Of a stretch of 64,000 bases of DNA, positions 10,843 to 20,661 are shown piece by piece. The notes under the pieces were generated by a model, which made no database searches, was not told the origin of the DNA, and worked only from the letters and a program-made list of their open reading frames with translations. A program made the position numbers and the translations under genes. Origin of the DNA: Trueperaceae bacterium (GTDB lineage Bacteria; Deinococcota; Deinococci; Deinococcales; Trueperaceae); NCBI GenBank assembly GCA_965215565.1, contig CBDCDZ010000004.1, forward strand, positions 1,504,001 to 1,568,000. Direction: 5' to 3'. How positions within the stretch are numbered: the stretch's first letter is position 1; the number at the start of each line of letters is the position of its first letter.

Positions 10843-13800
10843 ATGTTCAAAAATGTTAGTAGCGCAAATTTTCCTAAGCTCGAGCAAGAGGTCAGCCAGT
10901 TCTGGCGCGAGCAGGATATCTTTCGCAAGTCGGTGGACAAACCTTCTGATAAAGGCGACTACATCTTTTATGAAGGTCCGCCCACCGCGAACGGCAAGCC
11001 GGGCGTGCACCATGTCATCTCGAGAGCCTTCAAAGACCTCTTCCCCCGCTTCAAGACGATGCAGGGCTATAGAGTCGGGCGCAAAGGCGGCTGGGACACG
11101 CACGGTTTACCTGTCGAGTTGGAAATCGAAAAGAAGCTCGGCTTCAGCGGTAAAAAAGACATCGAAAACTTTGGCATCGGCGAATTCAACAAACTCGCCA
11201 AAGAATCGGCGTTCGAGTACATCCAAGAGTGGAACGCCATGACCGAGCGCATCGGCTTTTGGCTCGACTTGCAAGACCCGTACGTTACGTACGAAAACTC
11301 GTATATCGAGTCGTGCTGGTGGGTGATGAAGTCACTGTGGGAGCGTGGGCTTCTATTCGAAGACTACAAGGTGACGATGCACTGCCCGCGCTGTAACACC
11401 TCACTGGCGGACCATGAGGTTTCGCAGGGCTACAAGGATGACGTGGATGACCCCTCGGTCTATCCCAAGTTCCCGGCGCATAAGGATAGGCTCTTGGAGC
11501 TTGGCATTTTGGAGGACGACTCGAGAGAGGTCTACGTTTTAGCTTGGACCACGACGCCCTGGACGCTCGCGGCGAACACAGGGTTAGCCGTGAAAGCCGA
11601 CGCGCAGTACGGGCTTTACGACGCGCCGCGCACGCATGATGGCAAAGAGGTCCGCGAAGAGCGCGACCTCTACATCATCGCTACGGAGTTGGAGGAACAC
11701 GTCTTCGGCGAACACGCTACGCTCCTCAAGACCTTTTCGGGTGACACGCTTGTCGGGCTGACTTACAATCCCATCCTGCAAGGGCGCGTTCCGGCAGGTG
11801 AGGACACCGCCAAAGGCTTCCGCGTCATCGCCGACGAGATGGTGAGCTTGGACGACGGTACGGGCGTCGTCCACTTAGCGCCCGCTTACGGCGATTTGGA
11901 ACTCGGCAAGACCTACGGGCTACCCACGCTCTTCTCCGTTGACCTCTCGGGTGAGATGTATCCAGAGGTGAAGCTCGAGGATAGTAGCGCCGACGGACCC
12001 TACACCGGACAGTTCTTCAAAAAAGCGGACAAGCACATCTCGAGGGATTTACTGGAAAACGGGCTCATGTACCGCGCCGGACGCCTCAAGCACACCTACC
12101 CCTTCTGCTGGCGCTGCGACACCGCGCTGCTCTTCTACGCGAAAAGCTCGTGGTACGTGCGCACAACGGCGGTGAAAGACAAGCTCTTAGCGAACAACCA
12201 GGACATCAACTGGTACCCCGAACACATTAAAGGGGGACGCTTCGGGCGGTGGTTGGAGAACAACGTCGATTGGGCCTTGTCCAGAGAGCGGTATTGGGGC
12301 GCGCCGCTGCCGATTTGGGTCTCTGAGGACGGACAAGAGCAGCACTGCGTGGGAAGCGTCGCGGAACTCTCCGAACTGACCGGGCAAGATTTTTCGGATT
12401 TAGAACTCCACCGCCCTTATGTTGACGACATCACCTTCCAAAAAGATGGGAAGACGTTTAAGCGTCTTCCCTACACCGTAGACGTCTGGTTCGAGTCTGG
12501 CGCAATGCCCTACGCGCAGTGGCACTACCCCTTTGAGAACGAGGACAAACTCGCGCCGAACTTCCCCGCGGACTACATCTGCGAGGCGGTTGACCAGACA
12601 AGAGGGTGGTTCTATAGCCTCCACGCCATCGCCACCCTCTTGACCGACTCGGGTAACGGGGAACGGCAGCCCGGTACGCTTGCGCACATCGAGCAAGACA
12701 CCTCCGCTTTTAAGAACTGCATCGTTTTAGGTCATATCACCGACGAAAAGGGCAACAAGATGTCCAAATCTCGCGGCAACGCTGTTGACCCTTGGAAGGT
12801 GCTGGAGGAGCAAGGAGCCGACGCGCTGAGGTGGTACTTGTACGCCGCCTCGCCGCCCGGCAACCAGAAGCGGTTCTCGCAGAACTTAGTAGACGAGACC
12901 CTGCGCGACTTCTTCATGACCTTGTGGAACACGTACAGCTTTTTCGTCTTATACGCGAATCTGGACAAGCCCAACTTGACGCAAGAGGTTCCGGTTGGTG
13001 AAAGGGCAGAAATCGACCGCTGGCTCGTGTCTAAAGTCAACGCACTGGCGCAAGAGGTTACGGAGAACTTGGAGGGATATGACCCGACTAGCTCGAGCCG
13101 CGCGGTCCGCAATTTCGTAGTGGATGACCTCTCGAACTGGTACGTGCGCAGAAACCGCCGCCGCTTCTGGAAGTCCGAGAGCGACACGGACAAGCTCGCC
13201 GCTTATAAAACGCTCCACGAAGCCCTCGTAACGGTGGCAAAACTGATGGCTCCGATGGCTCCTTTTACGAGCGAACATCTGTACCAAAACTTAGTCCTTT
13301 CCGTTTTTCCGAACGAACCCGAATCCGTCCACCTGGCAAGCTGGCCCACCTTCGACACCTCTTTAATCGACACCGAGCTGTTGCGCGATATGAACGCGCT
13401 CATCCGCGTCGTCGAACTCGGGCGGGGAGCGCGAGCCGCCTCGGGGATGAAGACGCGCCAACCTCTTCCCGAGGTCTTGGTGCGCGTGCGGAGCAGCGAG
13501 GAGTTGCAGGGATTGAAGCGACTCGAGCCTCAACTCCTGGAAGAACTCAACGTCAAAAAGGCGACCTACTTAGACGTTACCGCTGACTTTGTGGATTACA
13601 ACGTCAAACCCAACTTGCCCTTAATCGGCAAACGCCTGGGCAAGCTCGTCCCGGAGATGAAACGCAAGCTCGCAGAGGTGGACGGCAAAGAGATCGCTCG
13701 CAACATCCGCGAAGGAAAAGAAACCGTGCTAGAACTCGGCGGCGAAGAGCACACCTTTGAGCCCGAAGCGTTTCTGATCGACGCGAAAAGCCCCGAAGGG

Positions 13801-14145
13801 TACGCGGCTTTAGAGGAGCGCGGTTACTTAGCGGCGCTAAACACGCAGCTCACGCCCGAGCTGGAGCAAGAGGGTTTGATGCGCGATGTGATTCGGCTCG
13901 TGCAAAATGCGCGGAAGAATGCGGGGTTGGAGGTGTCCGACAAGATTGTGCTGGGGTTAGGGACCTCCGGCGAGGTGCAAGCAGCTTTGGAGACGCACCG
14001 AGAGACCGTTCAAAATGAGGTTTTAGCGGAGAGCTTGGAGTTTTCACCTGTGGAGGATGCGCTTCACAGTGAGCAAGAAGAGGTTGAGGGGACATCTGTT
14101 GTGATCAGCTTGAAGAAGGCGGAGGTTGCAGCCGAAACAGCGTAA
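10843..14145 (+). CDS. ileS: Isoleucyl-tRNA synthetase, type 2 (IleRS2)
   Basis: FYEGPPTANGKPGVHH, GWDTHGLPVE, WTTTPWTL, KMSKS. ATG at 10843 follows GAGGTG; the ORF-track start at 10690 lies inside the T-box. Confidence 0.97.
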   Translation: MFKNVSSANFPKLEQEVSQFWREQDIFRKSVDKPSDKGDYIFYEGPPTANGKPGVHHVISRAFKDLFPRFKTMQGYRVGRKGGWDTHGLPVELEIEKKLGFSGKKDIENFGIGEFNKLAKESAFEYIQEWNAMTERIGFWLDLQDPYVTYENSYIESCWWVMKSLWERGLLFEDYKVTMHCPRCNTSLADHEVSQGYKDDVDDPSVYPKFPAHKDRLLELGILEDDSREVYVLAWTTTPWTLAANTGLAVKADAQYGLYDAPRTHDGKEVREERDLYIIATELEEHVFGEHATLLKTFSGDTLVGLTYNPILQGRVPAGEDTAKGFRVIADEMVSLDDGTGVVHLAPAYGDLELGKTYGLPTLFSVDLSGEMYPEVKLEDSSADGPYTGQFFKKADKHISRDLLENGLMYRAGRLKHTYPFCWRCDTALLFYAKSSWYVRTTAVKDKLLANNQDINWYPEHIKGGRFGRWLENNVDWALSRERYWGAPLPIWVSEDGQEQHCVGSVAELSELTGQDFSDLELHRPYVDDITFQKDGKTFKRLPYTVDVWFESGAMPYAQWHYPFENEDKLAPNFPADYICEAVDQTRGWFYSLHAIATLLTDSGNGERQPGTLAHIEQDTSAFKNCIVLGHITDEKGNKMSKSRGNAVDPWKVLEEQGADALRWYLYAASPPGNQKRFSQNLVDETLRDFFMTLWNTYSFFVLYANLDKPNLTQEVPVGERAEIDRWLVSKVNALAQEVTENLEGYDPTSSSRAVRNFVVDDLSNWYVRRNRRRFWKSESDTDKLAAYKTLHEALVTVAKLMAPMAPFTSEHLYQNLVLSVFPNEPESVHLASWPTFDTSLIDTELLRDMNALIRVVELGRGARAASGMKTRQPLPEVLVRVRSSEELQGLKRLEPQLLEELNVKKATYLDVTADFVDYNVKPNLPLIGKRLGKLVPEMKRKLAEVDGKEIARNIREGKETVLELGGEEHTFEPEAFLIDAKSPEGYAALEERGYLAALNTQLTPELEQEGLMRDVIRLVQNARKNAGLEVSDKIVLGLGTSGEVQAALETHRETVQNEVLAESLEFSPVEDALHSEQEEVEGTSVVISLKKAEVAAETA

Positions 14146-14159
14146 AAATGTCGGACTCG

Positions 14160-14194
14160 AAGAGGTGTAGAAAAGTTTTTACACCTCTTTTTTT
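14160..14194 (+). terminator. Intrinsic terminator after ileS
   Basis: AAGAGGTGTAGAAA...TTTTTACACCTCTT followed by a T run. Confidence 0.85.
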
Positions 14195-14213
14195 ATCATT
14201 AGACCGTACTTGC

Positions 14214-14784
14214 TCATCCTCGGTCTTTTCTTTTGTAAAGCTCGTCGGAATAAGCCTGTAGACGCTGAACTAAGCGAAAAATTGTGGTTGCTGGATTACA
14301 TTGAGCCGGTGTCTTTCCAGTCGAGTTGTTCAGTAACTTCTCCGCATTGCTGATAGCCGTGGATGTGAGTTTTCTCAAAACTTCGTAGTGTCCTCTCCTC
14401 TTGTTAAAATCTGGAATTGTAGAGTTGAGAACCTTCACGTAATCTTTAGGGGCTGACGCGGATACGTGATAGTTGAAATGCAGCACAAACCAAAGCTCGA
14501 AACAACTATTGGACCATCCCGCATCCATTCCCGATTTCTCACCAAGCTGTTTAATGACGTTGTTGAAGCTTTGATCGTCTATCTAGTCTTTATCGAAAAT
14601 ACACCAGACCTCATCATAGCTCCCACGCTTTTTATACCCTTCAGCCTTGCGAAGCAGAGTTTTAGGATCGTTGCCTACGCCCGATACTTCTACCTGCGCA
14701 TTAACACGTAGGTCTCGCGCAAGTGAGTTGAAATAGTTTGGCTCTGTCTCTTCTCCCTCACAGATTATAAGAAAGACTTTTCTA
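14214..14784 (-). pseudogene. RloB-family protein; in-frame TAG at 14583-14585 and 5' end cut by IS5
   Basis: FLIICEGEETEPNYF, VWCIFDKD, WSNSCFELWFVLHF, NPATTIFRLV. The two ORF-track fragments share one frame. Confidence 0.85.
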
Positions 14785-15694
14785 GAGGGTGTTTGAGAAA
14801 TCCCCCCACCTATGTTTAGGTAGGGGGTGAATGGTACAGCGAAAGCAGTATACAACGGACATGAAAGAGAAAGAGTGGCGGTTGCTCGAGCCCTACTTAG
14901 CGAAACTGATGCCTGAGCCAAAACGAGGACGTAGAACAAGCTATAAGCTCAGGCGGCTGATTGACGCAGTACGCTACGTTTTGAGAAACGGCTGCACCTG
15001 GCGAGATTTGCCAGGGGATTTTCCCCCCGTGGCAGAGTGTGTACTATCACTTTGCAAAGTGGCGCACCACGGGCACTTCCTTCGGTCGCAAAGCAGGGTT
15101 GTGGCGCAAACTGAACAAGCATCTTAGACGCAAGCTGCGTAAGACGTTAGGACGCAACCAAGAGCCAAGTGCTGGTTGCGCGGATAGTCAATCAGTTAAA
15201 GCAGGTAGCTTGCACACCAACGGCTACGACGGTGCAAAAAGTATCAACGGTAGAAAAAGGCATCTACTTGTAGATACGCTTGGGCTGGTGCTAAGCGTGT
15301 TGGTGACGAAAGCGAATATGCCTGAACGCAAGGGGCTATCACGTCTGCTTCAGAAAAGTAGGTACGCGCTGCCGAGGCTTCACCATCTGTGGCTTGATAG
15401 GGGTTACAAGGGTATTGCCTTCGTTAAGCGCATCCTCTTGTGTTTCGGCGTGGTACTTGAGATTGTAGCGCGTCGCAACAGCAAACACTTTGGGCTACAA
15501 GCGAGACGTTGGGTTGTCGAGAGGACTTTTGCATGGCTCGGAAACTACCGCCGTCTCAGCAAAGACTATGAAACCCTTCCCTCATCAAGCGAGGCGTTCA
15601 TCTACCTGGCAAGCTGTGACCTCATGACTAAGCGTCTCGCTAAAACTAATCACGCGCCCTGGAGAAAGAGGTGAGTCTATTCCAAAACACCCTC
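14785..15694 (+). mobile_element. IS5-family insertion sequence (~910 bp)
   Basis: Inverted ends GAGGGTGTTTGAGAA / TTCCAAAACACCCTC, each flanked by TA; encloses the split transposase. Confidence 0.88.
14831..15674 (+). CDS. IS5-family transposase in two frames (14831-15127 and 15039-15674)
   Basis: YVLRNGCTWRDLPGDFP, DSQSVK, GRKRHLLVDTLG, RWVVERTFAWL...RRLSKDYE. Confidence 0.9.
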
Positions 15695-15764
15695 TAGCTA
15701 CAGAATTGGTAGCCGAGGTCGTTCCCGTCGATATATAGACCTGCTAGGAACTGTGGCCTGCACT

Positions 15765-17291
15765 TTACCGCTGGGCGACAGAGGTAAATTTTTTTAGGTG
15801 TGACGAAACAATATCCTGGTTGCGATTCAGCAAAGCCGTTCGCTCTCGGAGCGGGAGGTTGTGATACCCCGCTATATCGAGTGTATCAATGGAAGTTGCG
15901 TCTAAGCGAATCCGACTATACTTAACGTTACCGTAACTATTGTTGAGTCGCGACGTATCGTCCAGGAGTTTGCTGTGCGCATAGGTTTCTAGTAGTGCGT
16001 TGAGGCGGTCCTCTTCATCCTCTTCAAAAGGTGGGTAAGAGAACGGGTCATGGACAGTTTGCCAGGCGGGACTACGCTTCTCCTCAGGCGTCGCACCCAG
16101 CGCTAAGCCAAGAGTTAAGCCAGTTTCGAACACGTCCCAAGGTACGTTATTGTATATGCCGCCATCGATCCATATGCCCGTAAGCTCTTCGGGGCTCAGC
16201 GCCCAAGACTCTGCCTCAGACATCTTTTTGGCTTTCTCGAAGGATATAAGAGTTGGTCTAAATAGGAGTGGGAAGCTCGCCGAGATGCGTACGGCGTCCG
16301 CTACTGCCATCGTAGGAGTAGTGCGGGCGCTAAACACGTGGCTCATTTGTGTCTCGAGGTTGGCCCCGGTGAGTCTCAGGTCGATGCCAAAGCACTCTTT
16401 ATGGCGGGCGAACGACACCCTCATTCGCTGGGCTTCTGATAAGTCCTCAATCCGTTTTACTCCGAAATACACACGGTTGTCCTCATGAATCAGCTCACGC
16501 TCACTAGGCCTCAGCTTTGAATAGATGAGCTGACTCACGAGTTGTACTAGAGACTGCCCCTTAAAGAAACCGAGGTATCTATAAACTGTTTCAGGTATAT
16601 CGTCACCTGCAAGTTTTTGCAACCTGTTCTTATCTAAGGTAGATAGTCCGTTCGCACCGCCCCTTGGCGCGCGCCGCGAGCTCTCACGGAAGAGTTCAGC
16701 TAACACATCATGTATTTCCGACTCCACAGCATACCTAAGGGCGAAGAAGCCAACGTTCCTAGCTACCACTTTGCCTCGTGTGCCAAAAAAAACCCAGCCT
16801 CCTTTCCGTATGTATTGCCTACGGGTATCGACAGTCAGAGGCGCTGATTTTTTAACACCCCATATCGCGCCCTCCCGCTTAGCAGGCTTGTGATCGTAGG
16901 CGAAGTTCTGATCCAATGTAGGTATACCCGCGCTAGCAGCACTTTGGAAGTTCACTACAGCTTTGAGCATTGCGTTGCTGTCGAGCAGCTTAGCCTTCAA
17001 TTCTGCTGAAGTGTAACCCGATGCGGTGAGCGCGGCAATGAGCGAACCGATGCTTGTGCCCGAGAGTCCGATTGTCCCCGGTACGAGTCTACTAAGGCGT
17101 TTGAGAAGGTGACCCTCACGGTAGCTATAGTCTCCGTAAATAAGCACACCCGCTTTCTCCAGTCCAGCGAGCGCCCCTACGTGGGCAACGCCTTTTGCGC
17201 CGCCACCACCGAAGGCGATATTAGCGATATCCTTCAGACGATGTCCTCCTCGGCGCTTTTTGGGAAGCCCGCGGCTGCTTTGCAGGCTCAC
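15765..17291 (-). CDS. Patatin-like phospholipase
   Basis: GGGGAKG, GTSIG nucleophile elbow, DGG motif, AVRISASFP. Confidence 0.88.
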   Translation of the reverse strand: MSLQSSRGLPKKRRGGHRLKDIANIAFGGGGAKGVAHVGALAGLEKAGVLIYGDYSYREGHLLKRLSRLVPGTIGLSGTSIGSLIAALTASGYTSAELKAKLLDSNAMLKAVVNFQSAASAGIPTLDQNFAYDHKPAKREGAIWGVKKSAPLTVDTRRQYIRKGGWVFFGTRGKVVARNVGFFALRYAVESEIHDVLAELFRESSRRAPRGGANGLSTLDKNRLQKLAGDDIPETVYRYLGFFKGQSLVQLVSQLIYSKLRPSERELIHEDNRVYFGVKRIEDLSEAQRMRVSFARHKECFGIDLRLTGANLETQMSHVFSARTTPTMAVADAVRISASFPLLFRPTLISFEKAKKMSEAESWALSPEELTGIWIDGGIYNNVPWDVFETGLTLGLALGATPEEKRSPAWQTVHDPFSYPPFEEDEEDRLNALLETYAHSKLLDDTSRLNNSYGNVKYSRIRLDATSIDTLDIAGYHNLPLRERTALLNRNQDIVSSHLKKFTSVAQR

Positions 17292-20218
17292 GTCTTAGCC
17301 TCGTTTAGGTCCGAGCCCTCCTGCAAGATAACTAGGTTCGTTGGTACGGTCACCTCGAAGGGCTTTCCTACATCGACGGGACCTTCGGTTTGCCTCTGCT
17401 TTCTGAGGACAGAAGCCTCCAAGGATGCGATCAACAACTCGCGAAGGATGACGTTAGGTGGTTCGGACGTAAATAGCTCAGGCTTAAGTGAGCCTCCAGT
17501 CATCTGTAGCAGGCTGACAGCAGCAGCGGCGTAGAACTCGTGCCCAGGTCTGACCGGGAGGGTGACGTGTGCTGAGCCCGCTTGAAGAAACCTTCTATGT
17601 TCTGGGTCAGGATCGTCGGCTTTGAGAAGTTGGTCCCAACGATCCAGGTTCGCCCAGAAGTAGGGTGCTAGCTCGAAGACCATGTGCTCCCACTCAAAAG
17701 CCGTCTCGAAAAACCTGATGAGGGGTCCGTGTGCAGCGGCCTTCACGACGTCGGGGCTAAAGCCATCCTGGGCAAGTGAGCCCGTGTCGGGCTTGCTACC
17801 GCGTAATAAGGTGACCACGCCCCGCTTGATCTCGTCCCTCTCAACTTCTCGATTAGTAGTAGGGTTGCGCCCGTCGATGCTCGTCCCTTGCGCCACCTCT
17901 TCGGCAGCCAGCGCTTCTAGGTAGGCTGCCTGCCGCTGTCTGTACGCCTCCATGATGGCGGTATATACCTCGTAACGCCAGGTGTTCCAGGTCTCCTTTG
18001 TAGGTGTGCAGAGAGCCTCGATGACCAGGGGACCATGAGCGGCGGCGACTAAACCTACCGAGGAGAGATAATTGTGTTCTTCTGTCTCTAACGAAATAGC
18101 TGAAACATACAGGTCACCGCCTGCACCGTAGCGCTCTATAAGGTCAACAGCCCGACCCATTCCGGCCCGCACTTTGAAGCCACCCAGCATTTGACCAGTG
18201 CGGACGTAATCTGAACCATAAACTTTCACATGCTGCTCTGCCCCAACTTTCTCAGCTCTATGCTTGTCGAAAGATACAGCTATGGTCGTGTTGAAACCTA
18301 GGGAGGTGCCCCAGACTCTAAGCGCCTCGTAACCATCCGGAACCTTGAGTATGCCCTCATCCCAAGCGACCTGAACGCTCCGGATCGCGTCCGTATTCGA
18401 GTCGACGCGGCGGCTCACCTCGTCTCTCTCGAGGTTAGGCTCCTCGTCGAACTTAAGCGTCAGGGAGACTACCTTTTTCTCGGGAAGCGGTTCGACCGCG
18501 GCACCGTACCGGGCCGCGACGACGCGCCACAGATCGTTAATCGGATCGATATCGGATAGTTCGAGAGGTTTACCATTCACCCTCGGCGGCTCCGGCTTGT
18601 CCAGAACCAGCACCTGACCGACGGGTTGGCTGGCAATCCTGAGGAGATTAGCTCCTGGCTCAGGAAGGACAAACTCGAGCATTAGCCTAACACCATAGTT
18701 ACGAACCTGGACGCTGTAAACCTTATCGACATAGCGGTAGATTCCAACGGTGTGACCGTTAGCGTTCCGGTTGTCAATCTCGTGAGAGTTTGTCTCCTCG
18801 ACCGACTCCACTCGGCGGGTAAGGCGCTGCTCCCTAAAGGTACGCTGTATCCGGGCAGTTGCCAAGCTGGACACCGTTTTCGCGTATTCACTAGCGGTCG
18901 TGCTGACAGACTCACTAAACGTGGTTAAGGAAAAGTCAGCGTAGGTCTCTACGTTTACCGAGGGTCCGTAGCTCGCATCCAGCTTTAGGCCGGCACGCTT
19001 CTCGACCTCTGAGCGCTGCACGTCACGCGCTTCTCTCGTTAAACCAAATCTCTCTTCTGTCTGGAGTTCCTCCTCTGTAGCCTCAAGGATGCTTGTCTCC
19101 ACAAAGGTGACGTCCTCGCGTAGCGTATTTCTAATATGCTCCCTCACCCGGCGCTCGCCCTTAAGGGCGTTCTCGATGTGAGCAATCTCTCCTGCTTCGT
19201 ATCTCTTTAGGTCACGCTCCGCTACCTCGAGGTCAGAGACCTTAAACCCTTGAACGTAGCCCCCCTTGAATTCAGTGAGCGCTTGCGGTCCACTAGCGGA
19301 TGCGGTCGCACTCATCACAATCATCCCACTCCGGACCACAGGTGCACTCGCGGGAGCTACTGAGACCTCGGCATTAAGCAGCATTTGCCTATCGAGTTCA
19401 TTCACTGCCTCTGAAATGGATGTGTCAGCGCTGAGCTGAAGAGATTTTAGTTGGCTGACCTCAGTCTCCTTGAGGGGGACGTCACTGATAACTACAGTCT
19501 GCGGAGGTTCTGCTCTGCCGGGACTATCTCCGGTCGTGTCATCTTGAGGGAGACTTACATCTTGCATGAATCTTTGCTGCTGAAGTGTGAGTGTTGGGCT
19601 GGACGGACTTAAGCTTATCAGACGCCGCTTCAATGCCTGAAGCTGAACCAAGCTCGGGACCGGCGAATCTATTTCAAAAGTCTCAGGCTCAGACATTGTG
19701 TTGCTCTGTGGACCTGGCGCAAACTTAAGATTGAGGGGGAGGACGGGACGCTTGCCAGCTGCTTTACTGACGGCAAGTAGATACTTTACGGCCTGCTTCG
19801 ATGAACCTTGTTCACCTAGTATTAAATCGCTGGCTTCGCTAGCTGCTCCCCTAGCGAGGAGAGACTGGAAGGCCTCGCTAGCCACAACCTCTTGCGGGTC
19901 GCGCTCGAGGATGATGCTTGCCTCCTTAGCTACCTGCTCCTGAGGTGCGTGGGAATTTTGCTTTTGCCACTCGGCTAACGTTTTGTAATTGTCGGGCACG
20001 TCCTCAGGGTCTAGATACTCATCTGAAGCTTTGTTGCGCGTGGCAGCTCGTTCCGCCTCTTCGCGTGTTTTCGCCTCTCTAAGTTCTCTCATAGAAGGAG
20101 TTTCTCTATCCTCAGGGTTGAGGAGAACACCCAACTTCTCTAAAAAATTCTCGTCTGGTGGTCTGACGATGTGGAAACGGAAAACTTCTCTACCCATTGG
20201 ACCTTCTCCGCTCGGCAA
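17288..20218 (-). CDS. Large hypothetical protein (976 aa), translationally coupled to the patatin gene
   Basis: Long ORF with 4-nt stop/start overlap; function not recognised. Confidence 0.8.
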   Translation of the reverse strand: MPSGEGPMGREVFRFHIVRPPDENFLEKLGVLLNPEDRETPSMRELREAKTREEAERAATRNKASDEYLDPEDVPDNYKTLAEWQKQNSHAPQEQVAKEASIILERDPQEVVASEAFQSLLARGAASEASDLILGEQGSSKQAVKYLLAVSKAAGKRPVLPLNLKFAPGPQSNTMSEPETFEIDSPVPSLVQLQALKRRLISLSPSSPTLTLQQQRFMQDVSLPQDDTTGDSPGRAEPPQTVVISDVPLKETEVSQLKSLQLSADTSISEAVNELDRQMLLNAEVSVAPASAPVVRSGMIVMSATASASGPQALTEFKGGYVQGFKVSDLEVAERDLKRYEAGEIAHIENALKGERRVREHIRNTLREDVTFVETSILEATEEELQTEERFGLTREARDVQRSEVEKRAGLKLDASYGPSVNVETYADFSLTTFSESVSTTASEYAKTVSSLATARIQRTFREQRLTRRVESVEETNSHEIDNRNANGHTVGIYRYVDKVYSVQVRNYGVRLMLEFVLPEPGANLLRIASQPVGQVLVLDKPEPPRVNGKPLELSDIDPINDLWRVVAARYGAAVEPLPEKKVVSLTLKFDEEPNLERDEVSRRVDSNTDAIRSVQVAWDEGILKVPDGYEALRVWGTSLGFNTTIAVSFDKHRAEKVGAEQHVKVYGSDYVRTGQMLGGFKVRAGMGRAVDLIERYGAGGDLYVSAISLETEEHNYLSSVGLVAAAHGPLVIEALCTPTKETWNTWRYEVYTAIMEAYRQRQAAYLEALAAEEVAQGTSIDGRNPTTNREVERDEIKRGVVTLLRGSKPDTGSLAQDGFSPDVVKAAAHGPLIRFFETAFEWEHMVFELAPYFWANLDRWDQLLKADDPDPEHRRFLQAGSAHVTLPVRPGHEFYAAAAVSLLQMTGGSLKPELFTSEPPNVILRELLIASLEASVLRKQRQTEGPVDVGKPFEVTVPTNLVILQEGSDLNEAKT

Positions 20219-20513
20219 GAACTATGCTTGTCTTCAAACCTTGGATGCCCAGAGTATACCATCATGTGGCTAAGTACAACCACAGGTATCTTTGTAGCCG
20301 AACTAGCGCTCAGCTGAGCTTCTTATGTGCCCTATCAACATAACACCACAAAGTGACGAGCAGTGGGTTTCACCGAAGTCCGAACGCACTCATTGAAATC
20401 CGTAGTTCTTTCTACTCGCTACGCTTGGGGTAATCCCTAGGGGAGTTACCCGAAAGCCGTATTACATCGTTATTCGACCTTCCCCTCAACCCTTCTTCAA
20501 CACACAAACCTAT

Positions 20514-20543
20514 TGTGCAGCAGACGCGCGCGTTCGTCGCACA
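20514..20543. repeat. 30-bp 12-6-12 palindrome, copy 1 (TGTGCAGCAGAC GCGCGC GTTCGTCGCACA)
   Basis: Direct reading; one of seven related intergenic sites. Confidence 0.85.
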
Positions 20544-20661
20544 AAAAGATAGGTTCCGTTCCTGTGCCCCTCTATACAAATGTTCAGTCCGAGCGAACAG
20601 GAGCGGTTCATAGCAGACCGCTCCTGTTCACCTGATTCAGACAGAACGCCTCTGTTTGTCC

